Of a stretch of DNA of 64,000 nt, positions 62,264 through 64,000 are shown piece by piece. The notes beneath the pieces are model-generated. The model did not search any database. It had not been told where the DNA came from and saw only the letters and a program-made list of their open reading frames with translations. The first letter of the stretch is position 1; every line of letters starts with the position of its first letter. A program made the position numbers and the translations under genes. Source of the DNA: Ranitomeya imitator (Eukaryota); assembly GCF_032444005.1 (NCBI RefSeq), contig NC_091290.1:133796001-133860000 (forward strand), given 5' to 3'.

Positions 62264-63333
62264 CCCTAGCGTGTCGTCTGCAGAGCCACGCTGATTAATC
62301 TGTGCCTTCCAGCGACAATCACAACACGTAATGAAGGACCACGCAGAGCCATAATACCAAATGTATTATGACCTGGGAGCCATACTGTCTTATGAGAGCG
62401 CTGATCCGCAGGACGCCCTCCTCCCAAAGATGTGAGCGCACTAGCTACAACCAATCAGAAGTTACCGGTATACTCAGACTTTTGCTGTTTGTTTTGTCTG
62501 GCGAGGACCGCCGTACCCTAGAACTACGGTGTTCGTCCCCTTTTTCACTACAATGACTGAAGTTTTCCTCTGGGAATATGAAGCCATATTGTTTATATGA
62601 CCAAAGTGCCTTTTATGTTATTGCTGCCTTAAATTTTTATTACGCACAAATCGTATTTATAGAGGATATAGATATATACATATGTATAGATCTACACACA
62701 TTCCTGCACCGCTACATAACACATACACAGTTTCTAGACGCAGGTTCCCCGCGAGCTGCCGTGAGACACCATTTTAGTATTTTTTGGCCGCCAACGGGTC
62801 TCTGTTAAGACCAAAGATTATACCGAGCAGGAATATCTGTTATGTATTGTGCAAAAGATGACTTGCTTCAACAAAAAATGTACAAAATATACAACATTTA
62901 AAGGATTTATTTTGTCTCTCATTTTTCCATAATTCTACAGCAATTGCGCATATATTCACATGCTAATCCTATTTACATCCGATTTTACATGGAGAATACA
63001 CCGCTTGTGATATAATACAAAAAAAAAAAAAAAAATCTGCAACTTTCTAATGGATTTTGTGCTCCCATGCAATTTTCAAACAATTTTTAATTTTTTAACT
63101 TTCATTTTTTTTTTCTTCCAAGAGCCATAACTTGATTTTTTTTTTTTTCCGTCGACAGGCGTTTTTTTACAGGGTGAATTGTAGTTTCTATTTGTACCAT
63201 ATATGACTCTTTGATTTATTTTTTTTTTACTTCCTTTTTTGGGGGAGTTGATGTGATAAAAAAAAACCAATGCTCCTACAATTTTGATTTTATTTTCCAT
63301 TTCACGTGCACTGTATGGGATAAATTTCTTGTC

Positions 63334-63371
<38 letters not shown>

Positions 63372-64000
63372 TTTTTTAATTTATTTTTTTAGTTTGTATA
63401 ATCGCACATGAACATTGGCATTTTTTTTTTTCATTTATTAGATGTTCCTATTTGAATTTAGAGGAAAAGAGGGTAGAGGAAGGATTTCAATGGAACCTGT
63501 CAGCTGATTCATACTGCCGAAACAATGGGTTGCATAAATGATCTTCTGCTGCTCCGTAGAGAGATCAATAAAAAAAAATGAAAGCATTTAAAAATATATT
63601 ATTTTTTTCCTATTTTTTTTTTATATATATATTTAATTGCTTTCACTTTTTTTAAATTGGTCCTCTTCAAGACTTAACCCTGCAATCACATATAGTGTAT
63701 TGTTTAAGCTGACTCCTAGCAGTTGGGTATCGGAAATGAAACCTACTCCCCATTCCTAACCTAAATTTTGCTGCGGCGTGGTATCTAAAAGGTTAAAAGT
63801 TTTGATTGGAGCCTTTTCTGGTCTGTACGTATCAGGAAGGGCCAAGTTCACTCACAGCAAGCAGAGGCCTAGGATGTAGTGAGGCATTGAATTATATTAG
63901 AAAGTTGCAGAGTGGGTCAGATACAGATTTTTGGTTTTTTTGGTTGGTTGAGGGTGGGGCTGGTATTTGTTCCTGACATTGATGGAACACTAGCTTTTGT

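Noticed and set aside
62264-64000. Start of VPS4A, the next gene in the mammalian syntenic block
   Set aside because: No recognisable exon; the region looks like SNTB2 3' UTR and AT-rich repeats.

Overview
Vertebrate genomic DNA, most likely an anuran (frog), inferred from the repeat landscape and protein divergence. It holds the conserved block HAS3(+) - CHTF8(-) - UTP4/CIRH1A(+) - SNTB2(+). I reconstructed all four coding sequences by hand, and every coding intron is GT-AG with consistent phase. HAS3 has 3 coding exons (545 aa), CHTF8 has 3 (122 aa, absent from the ORF track), UTP4 has 16 (685 aa) and SNTB2 has 7 (500 aa). CHTF8 and UTP4 share a very compact bidirectional promoter. Repeats include a 13.4-kb 86/79-bp satellite with higher-order structure in SNTB2 intron 1, a young RTE-X-like LINE with an uninterrupted RT ORF next to a (TATC)n array, three Tc1 remnants, a Helitron 3' end, several MITEs and at least six minisatellites. 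The most interesting observation is a 50 x 40-bp minisatellite beside the bidirectional promoter. About 42 of its units match the ACTAYRnnnCCCR ZNF143/THAP11-type promoter motif; any function is untested inference. There are four N gaps (22552-22685, 28291-28543, 28675-29395, 32058-32329).
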